Notes: generated from the letters alone by a model not told the origin. Numbered from the stretch's first letter, positions 26,978 through 36,671 are shown. The stretch is 49,714 nucleotides of DNA from an uncultured Eubacteriales bacterium (GCA_900320995.1 ONUI01000001.1:1-49714); one strand, 5' to 3'. Made by a program: numbers and translations.

Positions 26978-29230
26978 ATGAAACGGTTGTTGGCACAGAT
27001 AGGCATTACCTACTTTTCTGTGCTGGCAGCCGCTTTTTATTTGCCTGATACCGCGGTAGTTGTGATCGGCGGTATTGCCGCGGTCCTGACGATCTTGTTC
27101 TTTGTGATACGAAAAACCCGCAGGACGATCTATATTCCCTTGATGGCGCTGACTGTCGTGATCGCCTGTGCGGTACATATCGGATACGGACTGTTGGCGG
27201 TACAGCCTGTGGTCGAAACTTACGGTGATGAAACACATACCGTGAAAGCGGTGCTGACCGAGGAGCCTTATCAGTCGTATTCCAAGCATTATTACCGTCT
27301 GAAAGCGCAGGAGATCGATGGGGAAAAGGCGGGGTTCAAGCTGTTGCTCAAAACACCGACCGACATCGAAGCGGAACCGGATGACATCCTGACTTTTACT
27401 TCCGAGTTGAAGGTGATGGATAATCAGTATTACCGCGCCAAAGGCTATTATCTGGTGTCGGACGATTACAGGATCGAAGTAGAAACGGAAACGCCCGATA
27501 CACATTCGCTCTACTATCATGCGATACATCTGCGGCGATTCATGAGAAAATCACTGGACACACTCCTGCCGTCCGATTGCGCCGCGCTGTGCAGAGCGGT
27601 GTTGATCGGTGATAAGTACGCGCTGAGCCTCGATACCAGAGATCATTTCCGCTACGCAGGCGCGTCATATTTTATCGTGGTATCGGGTATGCACTTCGCG
27701 GTGGTCATCATGCTGCTCTTCCGTTTGATGAAACGCCTCAACCGCTGGGTGAGATTTGCGCTGATCATGGCGTTTATCGTATTGTACGCTGCGGTGACAG
27801 GCTTTCAGTCCTCCGTACTGCGTGCCGGGATCATGATGGTGTTCACCGTGTTCGGCATGACGATACGACGGCAGCCGTATCCATTGAATCATTTAGGATT
27901 AGCCGGCATCATCATGCCGTTCATCGTATCACCTTACGGCGCGGGCGACGTCGGTCTGATCCTCTCGTTTTACGCGACGATGGGTATCTTGCTGTGGGCA
28001 AGACCGCTATTGCCGAAGCTGTGTCTGAAAACAAAGACCGGTTATATCCCGTTCTTTCATATCAGCGAGAAGCTGCACTATTATAAAGAGCGAAAAGTTG
28101 AAGGGCTTCCGCTGAAAGATAAATCCAAAGAACCGTTTTCGTTCCGCATCCTGTTGATGAAGCTGTGGAACAGCGCGGCGGCTTTGCTCTCTGTCAGCCT
28201 TGCCGCCAATATCATGGTGTTCCCGATATCGGTATTCATCTTCCACGAATTCTCTTTGGTCACATTGCTGTCCGCGCTTTTGCTGTATGCGGAGATCTAT
28301 TTGATCCTCGTTTTATCATTGGCGGTATGTATCCTGTATCCGCTGGGGTTTTTACGCTATGTCGCCATATTGCTCGCCTATCCCTTGATGTGGTTGTGTA
28401 AGCTGGTGTTGTGGCTGGTGGACGGGATCGCGTCCTTGCCGTTTGCGCATTTTCGTGTCGGGCAGGCGTTTATTTACGCGTGGCTGGCGGTCACCGTGAT
28501 CTTGGGGATCGTCGTCATCCTGTACCGCAATCATTATCGCTATCTGAAATACGCGGTACTGTGTTCGCTGATCATACTGCTCGGCGGCGGTTTGACCCAG
28601 CAAGTGTTGCAGATGAACACTTTTTCGCTCGAGGTCTATTCCTGCGACAACGGGCTGTGCGCGGGAATCAATAAGGGCGGCAAGCTGTATCTTTTACAGA
28701 TGGACGCGAACTCAAAACAGCTGTATGCATTATGGGATCAGCTTTCCTCCCGATACGGATCCGCGGAGGTCGCACTATGCTGTAACGAGAACGAAATCAG
28801 GCATTTTCAGCTGTATCGTGATGATGAATTTGCAATTTCCGCACTTTTGCTGTATGATAAGGAGCAGAAATATCAAAACGAAGCAAACATCGTCCCGTTT
28901 GACAAGGACTGTACCTATGTCGTGGATGATGACGTCGTGATCCGACTGTCTGTTGTCAACTACACCGCCGTGCCGTATATTACGGCAGGTGAGCGGAGGA
29001 TATTGATCATCCCGGCGGGGTGTGAGATCGATAACATCCCGAAGGAGCTGCGCACAGCGGATGTGATCCTTCTGTCCCAAGCGCAGCAGGGATATGACCA
29101 ACTGCGGTGCGAGGACATGATCATCAGCGATAACAGCGATCTGTCGATGCTTTCCGCAAACGCGCTCATGGACAGTTATCATCATGCGTTTTTTACCGAT
29201 CATGGCGATGTGCATTATCGGTTGAGGTAG
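26978..29230 (+). CDS. comEC: ComEC/Rec2 competence membrane protein
   Basis: VVSGMH, SVLRA, GLILSF; position upstream of holA. Confidence 0.85.
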   Translation: MKRLLAQIGITYFSVLAAAFYLPDTAVVVIGGIAAVLTILFFVIRKTRRTIYIPLMALTVVIACAVHIGYGLLAVQPVVETYGDETHTVKAVLTEEPYQSYSKHYYRLKAQEIDGEKAGFKLLLKTPTDIEAEPDDILTFTSELKVMDNQYYRAKGYYLVSDDYRIEVETETPDTHSLYYHAIHLRRFMRKSLDTLLPSDCAALCRAVLIGDKYALSLDTRDHFRYAGASYFIVVSGMHFAVVIMLLFRLMKRLNRWVRFALIMAFIVLYAAVTGFQSSVLRAGIMMVFTVFGMTIRRQPYPLNHLGLAGIIMPFIVSPYGAGDVGLILSFYATMGILLWARPLLPKLCLKTKTGYIPFFHISEKLHYYKERKVEGLPLKDKSKEPFSFRILLMKLWNSAAALLSVSLAANIMVFPISVFIFHEFSLVTLLSALLLYAEIYLILVLSLAVCILYPLGFLRYVAILLAYPLMWLCKLVLWLVDGIASLPFAHFRVGQAFIYAWLAVTVILGIVVILYRNHYRYLKYAVLCSLIILLGGGLTQQVLQMNTFSLEVYSCDNGLCAGINKGGKLYLLQMDANSKQLYALWDQLSSRYGSAEVALCCNENEIRHFQLYRDDEFAISALLLYDKEQKYQNEANIVPFDKDCTYVVDDDVVIRLSVVNYTAVPYITAGERRILIIPAGCEIDNIPKELRTADVILLSQAQQGYDQLRCEDMIISDNSDLSMLSANALMDSYHHAFFTDHGDVHYRLR

Positions 29231-29233
29231 ATT

Positions 29234-30280
29234 ATGGTTACAGAAAGTCAACTGAAAAAACAACTGAACAGCGGACAGATCAGCAATCTGTATCTTTGCT
29301 TCGGTGAAGAAAAGATGCTCGTCAAGCGCTGCGCTCAGTTGATCGAAAACAAAATATCCGGCGGCGATCTCAACGAATTCAACTATCACGTGTTCGACAG
29401 TGACGCGGATCTCAGCGATATCTCCGTCTGTGCCGATATGATCCCCTTTATGAGCGAGTGGAACATCCTGCGCGTCAACGATATGGATATCGATAAGCTC
29501 ACAAAGGGCGACTTTGACGCGCTGATGAAGATCATCAAGAACGCGTCGGGTCAGACGGTCATCATCATCGCCATGCCGACGTTGGAGGTCACCGCGAAAT
29601 CGGCGAAAAAGCAGTTCAAGCAGGTGATCAACCATATCGATAAAAACGGCGTTTGTATCGAGCTCGGTCATCGAACGGGTTTGATGCTCGAGCGTGACCT
29701 GTGTAAATGGGCAAAGGCGGGCGGATGCTCCATGAGCGAGCTGACCGCTCATGCGCTTATCCAATACGCAGGCGAGGATCTGAACCGCCTGAATGCAGAG
29801 ATGAAGAAGCTGACGGCATACGCCGACGGCGATGAGATCACACCCGAGATGATCGAGCTGTTGGTGTCAAAAACCGCCGAGGCGAGTGTATATGATCTGT
29901 TCGGGCTGATCGTCGAGGGCAAGACCGACAAGGCGCTGTCCGCCATCGATGCGCTGTTTTATCAGCAGGTCAGCGGCGTCTATATCGCTACGGTGCTGTC
30001 GGGCGCGTATCTCGACGCTTACCGCGCGCGGATCGGCAGTGAAGCCGGCAAGCCCAATGCCGTTGTAGCGGAGGATTTCGGCTATAACAGACGCGCGTGG
30101 GTGCTGGATAAGCTCGGCAGACAGATCCGCCGTGTCACCACCGCTTCTCTCAGGCGCAGTATCGACGAGCTGCTCGCCATGCAGACGCGCATGGTGACCG
30201 AAACGGTCGACGAGCGCACAGAGATCGAACGACTGGTATGCAATCTGATACTGATCGCGGGGGATCGCTCCGATGAGTGA
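29234..30280 (+). CDS. holA: DNA polymerase III delta subunit
   Basis: LYLCFGEE, EMKKL..Y, VYDL; comEC-holA synteny. Confidence 0.88.
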   Translation: MVTESQLKKQLNSGQISNLYLCFGEEKMLVKRCAQLIENKISGGDLNEFNYHVFDSDADLSDISVCADMIPFMSEWNILRVNDMDIDKLTKGDFDALMKIIKNASGQTVIIIAMPTLEVTAKSAKKQFKQVINHIDKNGVCIELGHRTGLMLERDLCKWAKAGGCSMSELTAHALIQYAGEDLNRLNAEMKKLTAYADGDEITPEMIELLVSKTAEASVYDLFGLIVEGKTDKALSAIDALFYQQVSGVYIATVLSGAYLDAYRARIGSEAGKPNAVVAEDFGYNRRAWVLDKLGRQIRRVTTASLRRSIDELLAMQTRMVTETVDERTEIERLVCNLILIAGDRSDE

Positions 30281-31094
30281 TAACAGAATACCTAACGATA
30301 TACAAAGGCTCCCTTTCCTAAGGGAGCTGTCTGCGGAGCAGACTGAGGGTTCTATACCGTCTGATCAAAAAATCAAAATAAAAGAAACCGTGATCGTTGA
30401 AGGGCGTTATGATCGGATCAAACTCAGTGAGCTGATCGCAAGCCCAATGATCGAGACAGGTGGTTTTCGGGTGTTCAAGGATAAGGAAAAACAGGAGCTG
30501 ATCCGTGCCGTCGCCAAACACAGAGGGATCCTTGTGATGACCGATGTGGATTCCGCGGGCTTTGTGATCCGCAACTTTCTGCGCGGTATTGTGCCGCAGG
30601 GGCAGATCCTGCACGCCTATATCCCGACGATCAAAGGAAAAGAAAAGCGCAAGCCCGAGGCGTCCAAGGAGGGTATCCTCGGCGTGGAGGGCATCGACCG
30701 TGACGCGCTGATTGCATCCATCCGCAACAGCGGCGCGCACATCCTGAATTGTCATTGCGAGGAGCCGACGGGTACGTCCGCGGCGCGGCAATCTCAACCG
30801 CAAAATTGTCATTGCGAGGAGCATACTGCGACGTGGCAATCTCAACCGATTATCGAGCCTCCCTTTCCTAAGGGAGGTGGCGCGGAGCGCCGGAGGGTTG
30901 ATACATCATCCGAAATCACAAAAATGGATTTCTTCGACTACGGGCTTTCCGGCTGCGCGAATGCCGCGCAAAACAGGGAAGAGGTGCTCGCTTCATTGGG
31001 TCTGCCGAAATACCTTTCCTCAAACGCCATGCTCGCCGCGATGAATTGTCTGTTCACCAAAGAAGAATTTGAACAGTATCTTTCACAACTATAA
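30273..31094 (+). CDS. rnmV: TOPRIM/DUF4093 RNase M5-like protein carrying in-frame palindromic inserts
   Basis: IVEGRYD, TDVDSAG, LGVEG, C-terminal IT..D...GL.G..R...LG; repeats at 30307-30350 and 30750-30900. Confidence 0.8.
   Translation: MSDNRIPNDIQRLPFLRELSAEQTEGSIPSDQKIKIKETVIVEGRYDRIKLSELIASPMIETGGFRVFKDKEKQELIRAVAKHRGILVMTDVDSAGFVIRNFLRGIVPQGQILHAYIPTIKGKEKRKPEASKEGILGVEGIDRDALIASIRNSGAHILNCHCEEPTGTSAARQSQPQNCHCEEHTATWQSQPIIEPPFPKGGGAERRRVDTSSEITKMDFFDYGLSGCANAAQNREEVLASLGLPKYLSSNAMLAAMNCLFTKEEFEQYLSQL
30307..30350 (+). repeat. family C element inside 5' end of RNase M5-like CDS
   Basis: GGCTCCCTTTCCTAAGGGAGCTGTCTGCGGAGCAGACTGAGGGT. Confidence 0.85.
30750..30900 (+). repeat. A+A+C mosaic inside RNase M5-like CDS
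   Basis: A at 30750-30800 and 30807-30849, C at 30857-30900; reading frame stays open. Confidence 0.9.
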
Positions 31095-31096
31095 AA

Positions 31097-31186
31097 TGTC
31101 ATTGCGAGGAGAAGTATTTGACGCGGCAATCTCAACCGCAAAATTGTCATTGCGAGGAGCGTTCTGCGACGTGGCAATCTCAACCG
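31097..31186 (+). repeat. family A doublet
   Basis: two copies joined by the same CAACCGCAAAATTGTC linker as the intragenic doublet. Confidence 0.9.
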
Positions 31187-31189
31187 AAT

Positions 31190-31220
31190 AAAAAAAGGCT
31201 GTTCACACGAACAGCCTTTC
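31190..31220. terminator. bidirectional terminator
   Basis: AAAGGCTGTTC-ACAC-GAACAGCCTTT. Confidence 0.8.
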
Positions 31221-31241
31221 ATTTTGCTTATTTACAGTTCC

Positions 31242-31976
31242 TTATTCCGCGTCTTCCCAGTTATGCCAGACATTCTGGATATCGTCGTTATCCTCGAACA
31301 TATCCAGCATTTTCTGCATCTGAACCTGAGTATCGGGATCGTCGATCTTGGTGTAGGTGGAGGGAACCTGCTCGATCTCGGCGGACGCGAATTCATAGCC
31401 CTGTGCCTGCAGATCGTCACGTACCGCGCCGAAATCCTCGGGCTCGGTATAGATGGTGAAGATGTCCTCATCCGCTTCAAAATCAGCGGCGCCCGCTTCC
31501 AGAGCGGCTTCCATCACGGTGTCCTCATCCTTTTCGAGATCCTCGCGCTCGATGATCAGTACGCCCTTCTTGGCGAACATGAAGCCGACGCAGCCGGGGG
31601 TACCCATGTTGCCGCCGAACTTGTCAAAATAATGTCTGACTTCACCCGCGGTACGATTGCGGTTGTCGGTCAGCGCTTCTACGATAACGGCAACGCCGCA
31701 GGGACCGTAGCCCTCGTAGGTGACAGCCTCATAATCGGCAGCCTCGCCGCCCTGAGCCTTCTTGATGATACGCTCGATATTATCGTTCGGTACATTCGCC
31801 GCCTTCGCCTTAGCGATACAATCTCTGAGCTTGGAGTTGACGTTCGGGTCGGCACTGCCGCCGTCGCGGATCGCTACCATCAACTCTCTGCCGATCTTGG
31901 TGAATACCTTTGCGCGGGCAGCGTCGTTCTTACCCTTTTTCTGCTTGATCGTGCTCCATTTATTATGTCCTGACAT
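31242..31976 (-). CDS. yebC: YebC/PmpR family protein
   Basis: [29 protein letters not shown]. Confidence 0.96.
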   Translation of the reverse strand: MSGHNKWSTIKQKKGKNDAARAKVFTKIGRELMVAIRDGGSADPNVNSKLRDCIAKAKAANVPNDNIERIIKKAQGGEAADYEAVTYEGYGPCGVAVIVEALTDNRNRTAGEVRHYFDKFGGNMGTPGCVGFMFAKKGVLIIEREDLEKDEDTVMEAALEAGAADFEADEDIFTIYTEPEDFGAVRDDLQAQGYEFASAEIEQVPSTYTKIDDPDTQVQMQKMLDMFEDNDDIQNVWHNWEDAE

Positions 31977-32128
31977 TGTTTATCATTCCTTTTCAGTGTT
32001 TTAACTGTATTAATATACCACAATTCTCAGGAATTGAAAATAATAGTTACAATTTTGTAATAAACTCCTTGTAGTTTGATGAGGATAATGGTAAGATAAG
32101 TGTGTATGTAAGAAAAGGGGGAATGATG

Positions 32129-33007
32129 ATGGTAATGTCGATGACCGGTTTCGGCAGAGCGGAAGTATCTGTCGGGAACCGTGATATTATCGTTGAGATG
32201 AAAAGCGTCAACCACCGCTTTTTTGAGTTCTCATGCAGAACCAGCAGGGGTTACAGCTTTTTGGAAGATAAACTCAAGAAGTATGTCGGCGAACGTGTCA
32301 GCCGTGGTAAGGTGGATATGTATGTATCCGTGACCGATAATGATGATTCGTCCGTCGAGGTAGAATTGAATAAACCGCTCGCGTCGGGTTATATCGACGC
32401 GATGAAGACGATGGCGGATGAATACGGGATCACGAACGATATCTCCGTATCCGCACTGTCCCGATTCAATGACATTTTCCAGATCACCAGACCGCCCGCG
32501 GATGAAGACGCGGTATTTGCCGACGTCAAGGTCGCGGTCGACGCGGCGCTGGAGCGATTCCTTTCCATGCGTCAGGCGGAGGGCGAAAAGCTCAGGGAAG
32601 ATATCCTCAATCGTGCCGGTACGATCATCGACATCGTCGGTGAGATCGAGGCGCGTTCTCCTCAGACCGTGCAGGAGTATCGCGACAGACTGTACGCAAA
32701 GCTCAGTGAGGTCTTGCAGAGCACCAATATTGACGACCAGCGCATTCTGACCGAGGCGGCGATCTTTGCCGATAAGGTCGCGGTGGATGAAGAGACCGTC
32801 CGTCTGCGCTCTCATTTTGACCAGATGAAGCAATTCCTCAACTCCGGTGAACCGGTCGGCAGAAAGCTTGACTTCATCGTGCAGGAGATGAACCGTGAGG
32901 CGAACACCATCGGCTCCAAGGTGAATGACTCCGTTTTAGCGCACAAGGTAGTCGACATCAAGGGTGAGATCGAGAAGATCCGCGAACAGGTTCAGAATAT
33001 CGAATAA
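32129..33007 (+). CDS. yicC: YicC/YloC family endoribonuclease
   Basis: SMTGFG, KSVNHRF, GRKLDF..QEMNREANTIGSK, REQVQNIE. Confidence 0.95.
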   Translation: MVMSMTGFGRAEVSVGNRDIIVEMKSVNHRFFEFSCRTSRGYSFLEDKLKKYVGERVSRGKVDMYVSVTDNDDSSVEVELNKPLASGYIDAMKTMADEYGITNDISVSALSRFNDIFQITRPPADEDAVFADVKVAVDAALERFLSMRQAEGEKLREDILNRAGTIIDIVGEIEARSPQTVQEYRDRLYAKLSEVLQSTNIDDQRILTEAAIFADKVAVDEETVRLRSHFDQMKQFLNSGEPVGRKLDFIVQEMNREANTIGSKVNDSVLAHKVVDIKGEIEKIREQVQNIE

Positions 33008-33018
33008 GGATTGAGAAA

Positions 33019-33264
33019 ATGAGATTTGTGAATATCGGCTTCGGCAACGTGGTGAATATCAGCAAGATCGTGTCTGTCGTCAGCCCCGAATCCGCGCCCA
33101 TCAAGCGTATCGTGCAGATGAGCAAGGCGGCTTCCACATTGATCGACGCGACCTTCGGCAGAAAGTGCAAGGCTGTCATCATCACTGACAGTGAGTATAT
33201 CGTTCTGTCGGCGCTGACCACCGAGACGATCGCCGCGAGAATGGAGGATCCGAATGGAGAATAA
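33019..33264 (+). CDS. remA: RemA/DUF370 regulator
   Basis: NIGFGN, ESAPIKR, LIDATFGR, ITDS. Confidence 0.92.
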   Translation: MRFVNIGFGNVVNISKIVSVVSPESAPIKRIVQMSKAASTLIDATFGRKCKAVIITDSEYIVLSALTTETIAARMEDPNGE

Positions 33265-33826
33265 GGGACTGTTGATCGTTTATACCGGCGCTTCGGGCGT
33301 CGGCAAAGGTACGATTATGAAAATGCTGCTCAAGAGGAACCCCAACCTACGCCTGTCGGTTTCCGCGACAACGCGTAAGCCGCGTGAGGGTGAGCAGGAC
33401 GGCAGAGAATATTACTTCGTCAGCCATGAGCGCTTTGACGAGATGATCGCCGAAAACGGCTTTTTGGAGCATGCCGAGTATGTCGGCAACAAATACGGTA
33501 CGCCGAAGGAACCGGTGTTCCGTATGCTGGACGAGGGCTTGGATGTGATCCTCGAGATCGAGGTCAAGGGCTTTTTGCAGGTCAAAGAGGCTTGCCCCGA
33601 TTGTTTGACGATCTTCATTGCGCCGCCGTCGTTCAAAGAATTGCAGTTAAGATTGCAGGGCAGAGGGACAGAGTCCGAAGAAGTCATCGCCGAGCGTCTC
33701 AGGATTGCGCAGGAAGAAATGCAGCATCAGCATTTGTTCGACTATGTGGTCGTCAATGACGATCTTGACAGAGCGGTGGATGAGGTGCTGTCCATCATCG
33801 CCGACGAAAAAAAGAATCAAGTATAA
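33254..33826 (+). CDS. gmk: guanylate kinase
   Basis: GASGVGKGT, SATTRKPREGE.DG..YYF. Confidence 0.97.
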   Translation: MENKGLLIVYTGASGVGKGTIMKMLLKRNPNLRLSVSATTRKPREGEQDGREYYFVSHERFDEMIAENGFLEHAEYVGNKYGTPKEPVFRMLDEGLDVILEIEVKGFLQVKEACPDCLTIFIAPPSFKELQLRLQGRGTESEEVIAERLRIAQEEMQHQHLFDYVVVNDDLDRAVDEVLSIIADEKKNQV

Positions 33827-33857
33827 ACAACTACGGGAATGCCCGTATCATTAACAT

Positions 33858-33904
33858 CGGTTGAGATTGTCACGGGATGACGTATGTCGATCCCTCGCAT
33901 GACA
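33858..33904 (-). repeat. family A element (reverse orientation)
   Basis: CGGTTGAGATTGTCAC...CCTCGCATGACA. Confidence 0.8.
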
Positions 33905-33926
33905 ACCGGAATAAAGGAGTATCATT

Positions 33927-34130
33927 ATGAAAAGAGCATCTTTAGATGATATGTTGAGCGGCAAGGAGAGCCGTTACGCACTGGTGATCGGCGTTGCGAA
34001 GCGCGCCAGAGAGATCGCCGACGGATTCAAGGAGGAGGGCATCATCACCGATGAAAAACCCGTTCTTCTCGCGATCGAAGATTTCAAGAACCACAAATAC
34101 AATATCCTTGAAGAGGATGACGAGGACTGA
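33927..34130 (+). CDS. rpoZ: RNA polymerase omega subunit
   Basis: SRYALVIGVAKRAREI, KPV..A. Confidence 0.92.
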   Translation: MKRASLDDMLSGKESRYALVIGVAKRAREIADGFKEEGIITDEKPVLLAIEDFKNHKYNILEEDDED

Positions 34131-36565
34131 TGACCGCTAAGATCGCTTATGTCGCGGTAGAAAACGCGCTGCTGCATTTTGATAACGCGTTCAGCTACCG
34201 GATCCCCGAGGGGATGCCCGTGCAGGCAGGATGCCGTGTGGCGGTACCCTTCGGCAGAGGCGACAGTAAGCGTCAGGGGATCGTTCTCGGACTCGGTGAA
34301 GAGAGTGCCGACGATCTGAAAACGGTATCCGAGCTGTTGGATGACGAGCCTGTTTTGAATGATGAAATGCTCAAAATGTGCGGCTTCATCAAAAGCCATT
34401 GCTTCTGCACCTACTACGATGCGGTCAAAGCGATGCTGCCGGCAGGTATCAACTACCGTTTGTCGCTCGAGTATTCCGTCAGAGCCGATCTGGGCGATCG
34501 TTTTTATGATCTTTCCGATGAATACCGCAGGATCGTTACCATTATTCGTTCAAAGAATAATAAAGTCGAGAAGCACCGATTGCTGCAGGAGCTTGGTTAT
34601 GCGGATTCCTCCGTGTTGGATCGGATGGAAGCAGAGGGAATACTCTTCAAGAACGACGCGGCACTGCGCCGTATCGGTGACAAAACGATCAAGATGATTC
34701 GTTTGAGCGATGACGCCGAGACCCTTTTTCAGGGTATGAAGCTCAGCGCAAAGCAGGAGAGCGTTATCGATCTGCTGTCCACTGTCGGCTCCGCATCCGT
34801 CAAAGAGGTATGCTACTATACCGGTGTGACGACATCCGTGCCCGATACGCTGGTGCGCAAGAATATCGCCGTCTATTATGATGACGAGGTGTTCCGCGTG
34901 CCGAGATCCGCTGAATCCGACAGGCGTGAGATCACCTTGACACAGGAACAGCAGAGCGCGTTTGATGAACTGAGCACTCTGTATCGCTCGGACAAGCCCG
35001 AGGTATCGCTGCTGTACGGCATCACAGGTTCGGGAAAAACATCTGTCTTTTTCAAGCTGATCGAACAGGCGTCGAGCGACGGAAAGGACGTCATCGTGAT
35101 GGTGCCCGAGATCGCGCTCACGCCGCAGATGATCGCGATGTTCCGCGCGCATTTCGGTGATAAGGTCGCGGTATTCCACAGCGCGTTGTCACTGGGTGAG
35201 CGGTTGGACGAGTATAAGCGCGTCAGCCGCGGGATCGCCAAGATCGCCGTCGGCACACGTTCCGCGATATTCGCGCCGTTTCAAAATCTCGGCTTGATCA
35301 TCATGGACGAGGAACAGGAGCATACTTATAAATCCGAGTCAAAGCCCCGATTCAATACAAAAGAACTGGCTAAATTCCGCTGTTCTTATCATAAAGCGCT
35401 GTTATTGTTCTCGTCCGCGACCCCGAGCGTAGAGACCTACTACTACGCCAACGAGGGCAGATATCATAAGCACGTGCTGACCAAGCGTTACGGCACGGCG
35501 ACCCTGCCCGACGTTGTGATCGCGGATATGAATGAGGAGATCGAAGTCGGCAACACAGGTGTGTTCTCTAATATTCTTTTGCAGAATATTGAGGAGAATC
35601 TCGACAACGGCAAGCAGAGTATTCTGCTGTTGAACCGCCGCGGGTACAATTCCTATGTTACCTGCAATTCCTGCCGTGAACCGCTGACCTGTCCGAACTG
35701 CTCGATCTCATTGACCTATCACAGCGCCAACAACCGCATGATGTGTCACTACTGCGGTTACTCTGTGCCGTACAGGACGGAGTGTCCCACCTGCCACAGC
35801 CACAGTCTGCGCCTCAGAGGTACCGGCACCCAGCGTGCCGAGGTCGAGATCGCACAGATCTTTCCGCAAGCGCGGATCCTCAGGATGGATACCGACACCA
35901 CCATGACGCGTTCTTCTCATGAGAAGAAGCTGACCGCCTTCGCGAACGGCGAGTATGATATCCTCGTCGGAACACAGATGGTCGCGAAAGGATTGGATTT
36001 TCCGAACGTCACCTTGGTCGGTGTGCTGAATGCCGATCATATGCTGTATCTCGATGACTACCGCAGTTATGAGAACACCTTTTCTCTCTTGACGCAGGTC
36101 GTCGGTCGATCCGGCAGGGGAAAGGATAAGGGCAGAGCCATCATCCAGACCTACACGCCCGAGAATCCGATCATCGCTTTAGCGGCAAGGCAGGATTATG
36201 ACGCGTTTTATAACGCGGAGATCGGCATCAGAAAAGCGATGCTGTATCCGCCGTTCGCAAGCATTTGCATGGTCGGTTTTGTCGGCGAGAACGCGAAGCA
36301 GACCGAAGGCGCCGCCTTTGCGTTCACCAAGCAGATGACACGATTATTGCAGACAGAATTCACCGATATCCCGCTCAGGGTCCTCGGACCATCACAGGCG
36401 GCGGTATTCAAGGTGAGTAATAAATACAGATTCAAGCTGATACTCAAATGCCGTAACGACAGCCGTTTTCGCGAGATGCTCGCGCGCATGCTCGTGCTGT
36501 TTTTATCCAATCGCGAGTTCGGCAGTGTAACGGTCTATGCGGATATGGATCCGCTGAGCTTATAA
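34130..36565 (+). CDS. priA: primosomal protein N'
   Basis: GITGSGKT, VPEIALTPQ, DEEQE, LLNRRGY, Cys-rich region, GTQMVAKGLDF. Confidence 0.97.
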   Translation: MTAKIAYVAVENALLHFDNAFSYRIPEGMPVQAGCRVAVPFGRGDSKRQGIVLGLGEESADDLKTVSELLDDEPVLNDEMLKMCGFIKSHCFCTYYDAVKAMLPAGINYRLSLEYSVRADLGDRFYDLSDEYRRIVTIIRSKNNKVEKHRLLQELGYADSSVLDRMEAEGILFKNDAALRRIGDKTIKMIRLSDDAETLFQGMKLSAKQESVIDLLSTVGSASVKEVCYYTGVTTSVPDTLVRKNIAVYYDDEVFRVPRSAESDRREITLTQEQQSAFDELSTLYRSDKPEVSLLYGITGSGKTSVFFKLIEQASSDGKDVIVMVPEIALTPQMIAMFRAHFGDKVAVFHSALSLGERLDEYKRVSRGIAKIAVGTRSAIFAPFQNLGLIIMDEEQEHTYKSESKPRFNTKELAKFRCSYHKALLLFSSATPSVETYYYANEGRYHKHVLTKRYGTATLPDVVIADMNEEIEVGNTGVFSNILLQNIEENLDNGKQSILLLNRRGYNSYVTCNSCREPLTCPNCSISLTYHSANNRMMCHYCGYSVPYRTECPTCHSHSLRLRGTGTQRAEVEIAQIFPQARILRMDTDTTMTRSSHEKKLTAFANGEYDILVGTQMVAKGLDFPNVTLVGVLNADHMLYLDDYRSYENTFSLLTQVVGRSGRGKDKGRAIIQTYTPENPIIALAARQDYDAFYNAEIGIRKAMLYPPFASICMVGFVGENAKQTEGAAFAFTKQMTRLLQTEFTDIPLRVLGPSQAAVFKVSNKYRFKLILKCRNDSRFREMLARMLVLFLSNREFGSVTVYADMDPLSL

Positions 36566-36568
36566 ATA

Positions 36569-36645
36569 GGTTGAGATTGCCACAGTTCCTACGGAACTTC
36601 GCAATGACTATAATACGATGTAGGGGAGGGGCTTGCTCCTCCCGA
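36569..36645. repeat. reverse family A element (36569-36608) plus single GTAG-type REP (36620-36645)
   Basis: GGTTGAGATTGCCAC...TTCGCAATGAC; GTAGGGGAGGGGCTTGCTCCTCCCGA. Confidence 0.82.
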
Positions 36646-36671
36646 TAGATCCAATCACAGGAGTGATCAAT

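Noticed and set aside
31118-31459. 113-aa ORF containing CHCEE..WQSQP
   Set aside because: It is a reading of the intergenic repeat doublet running through a terminator into antisense yebC.
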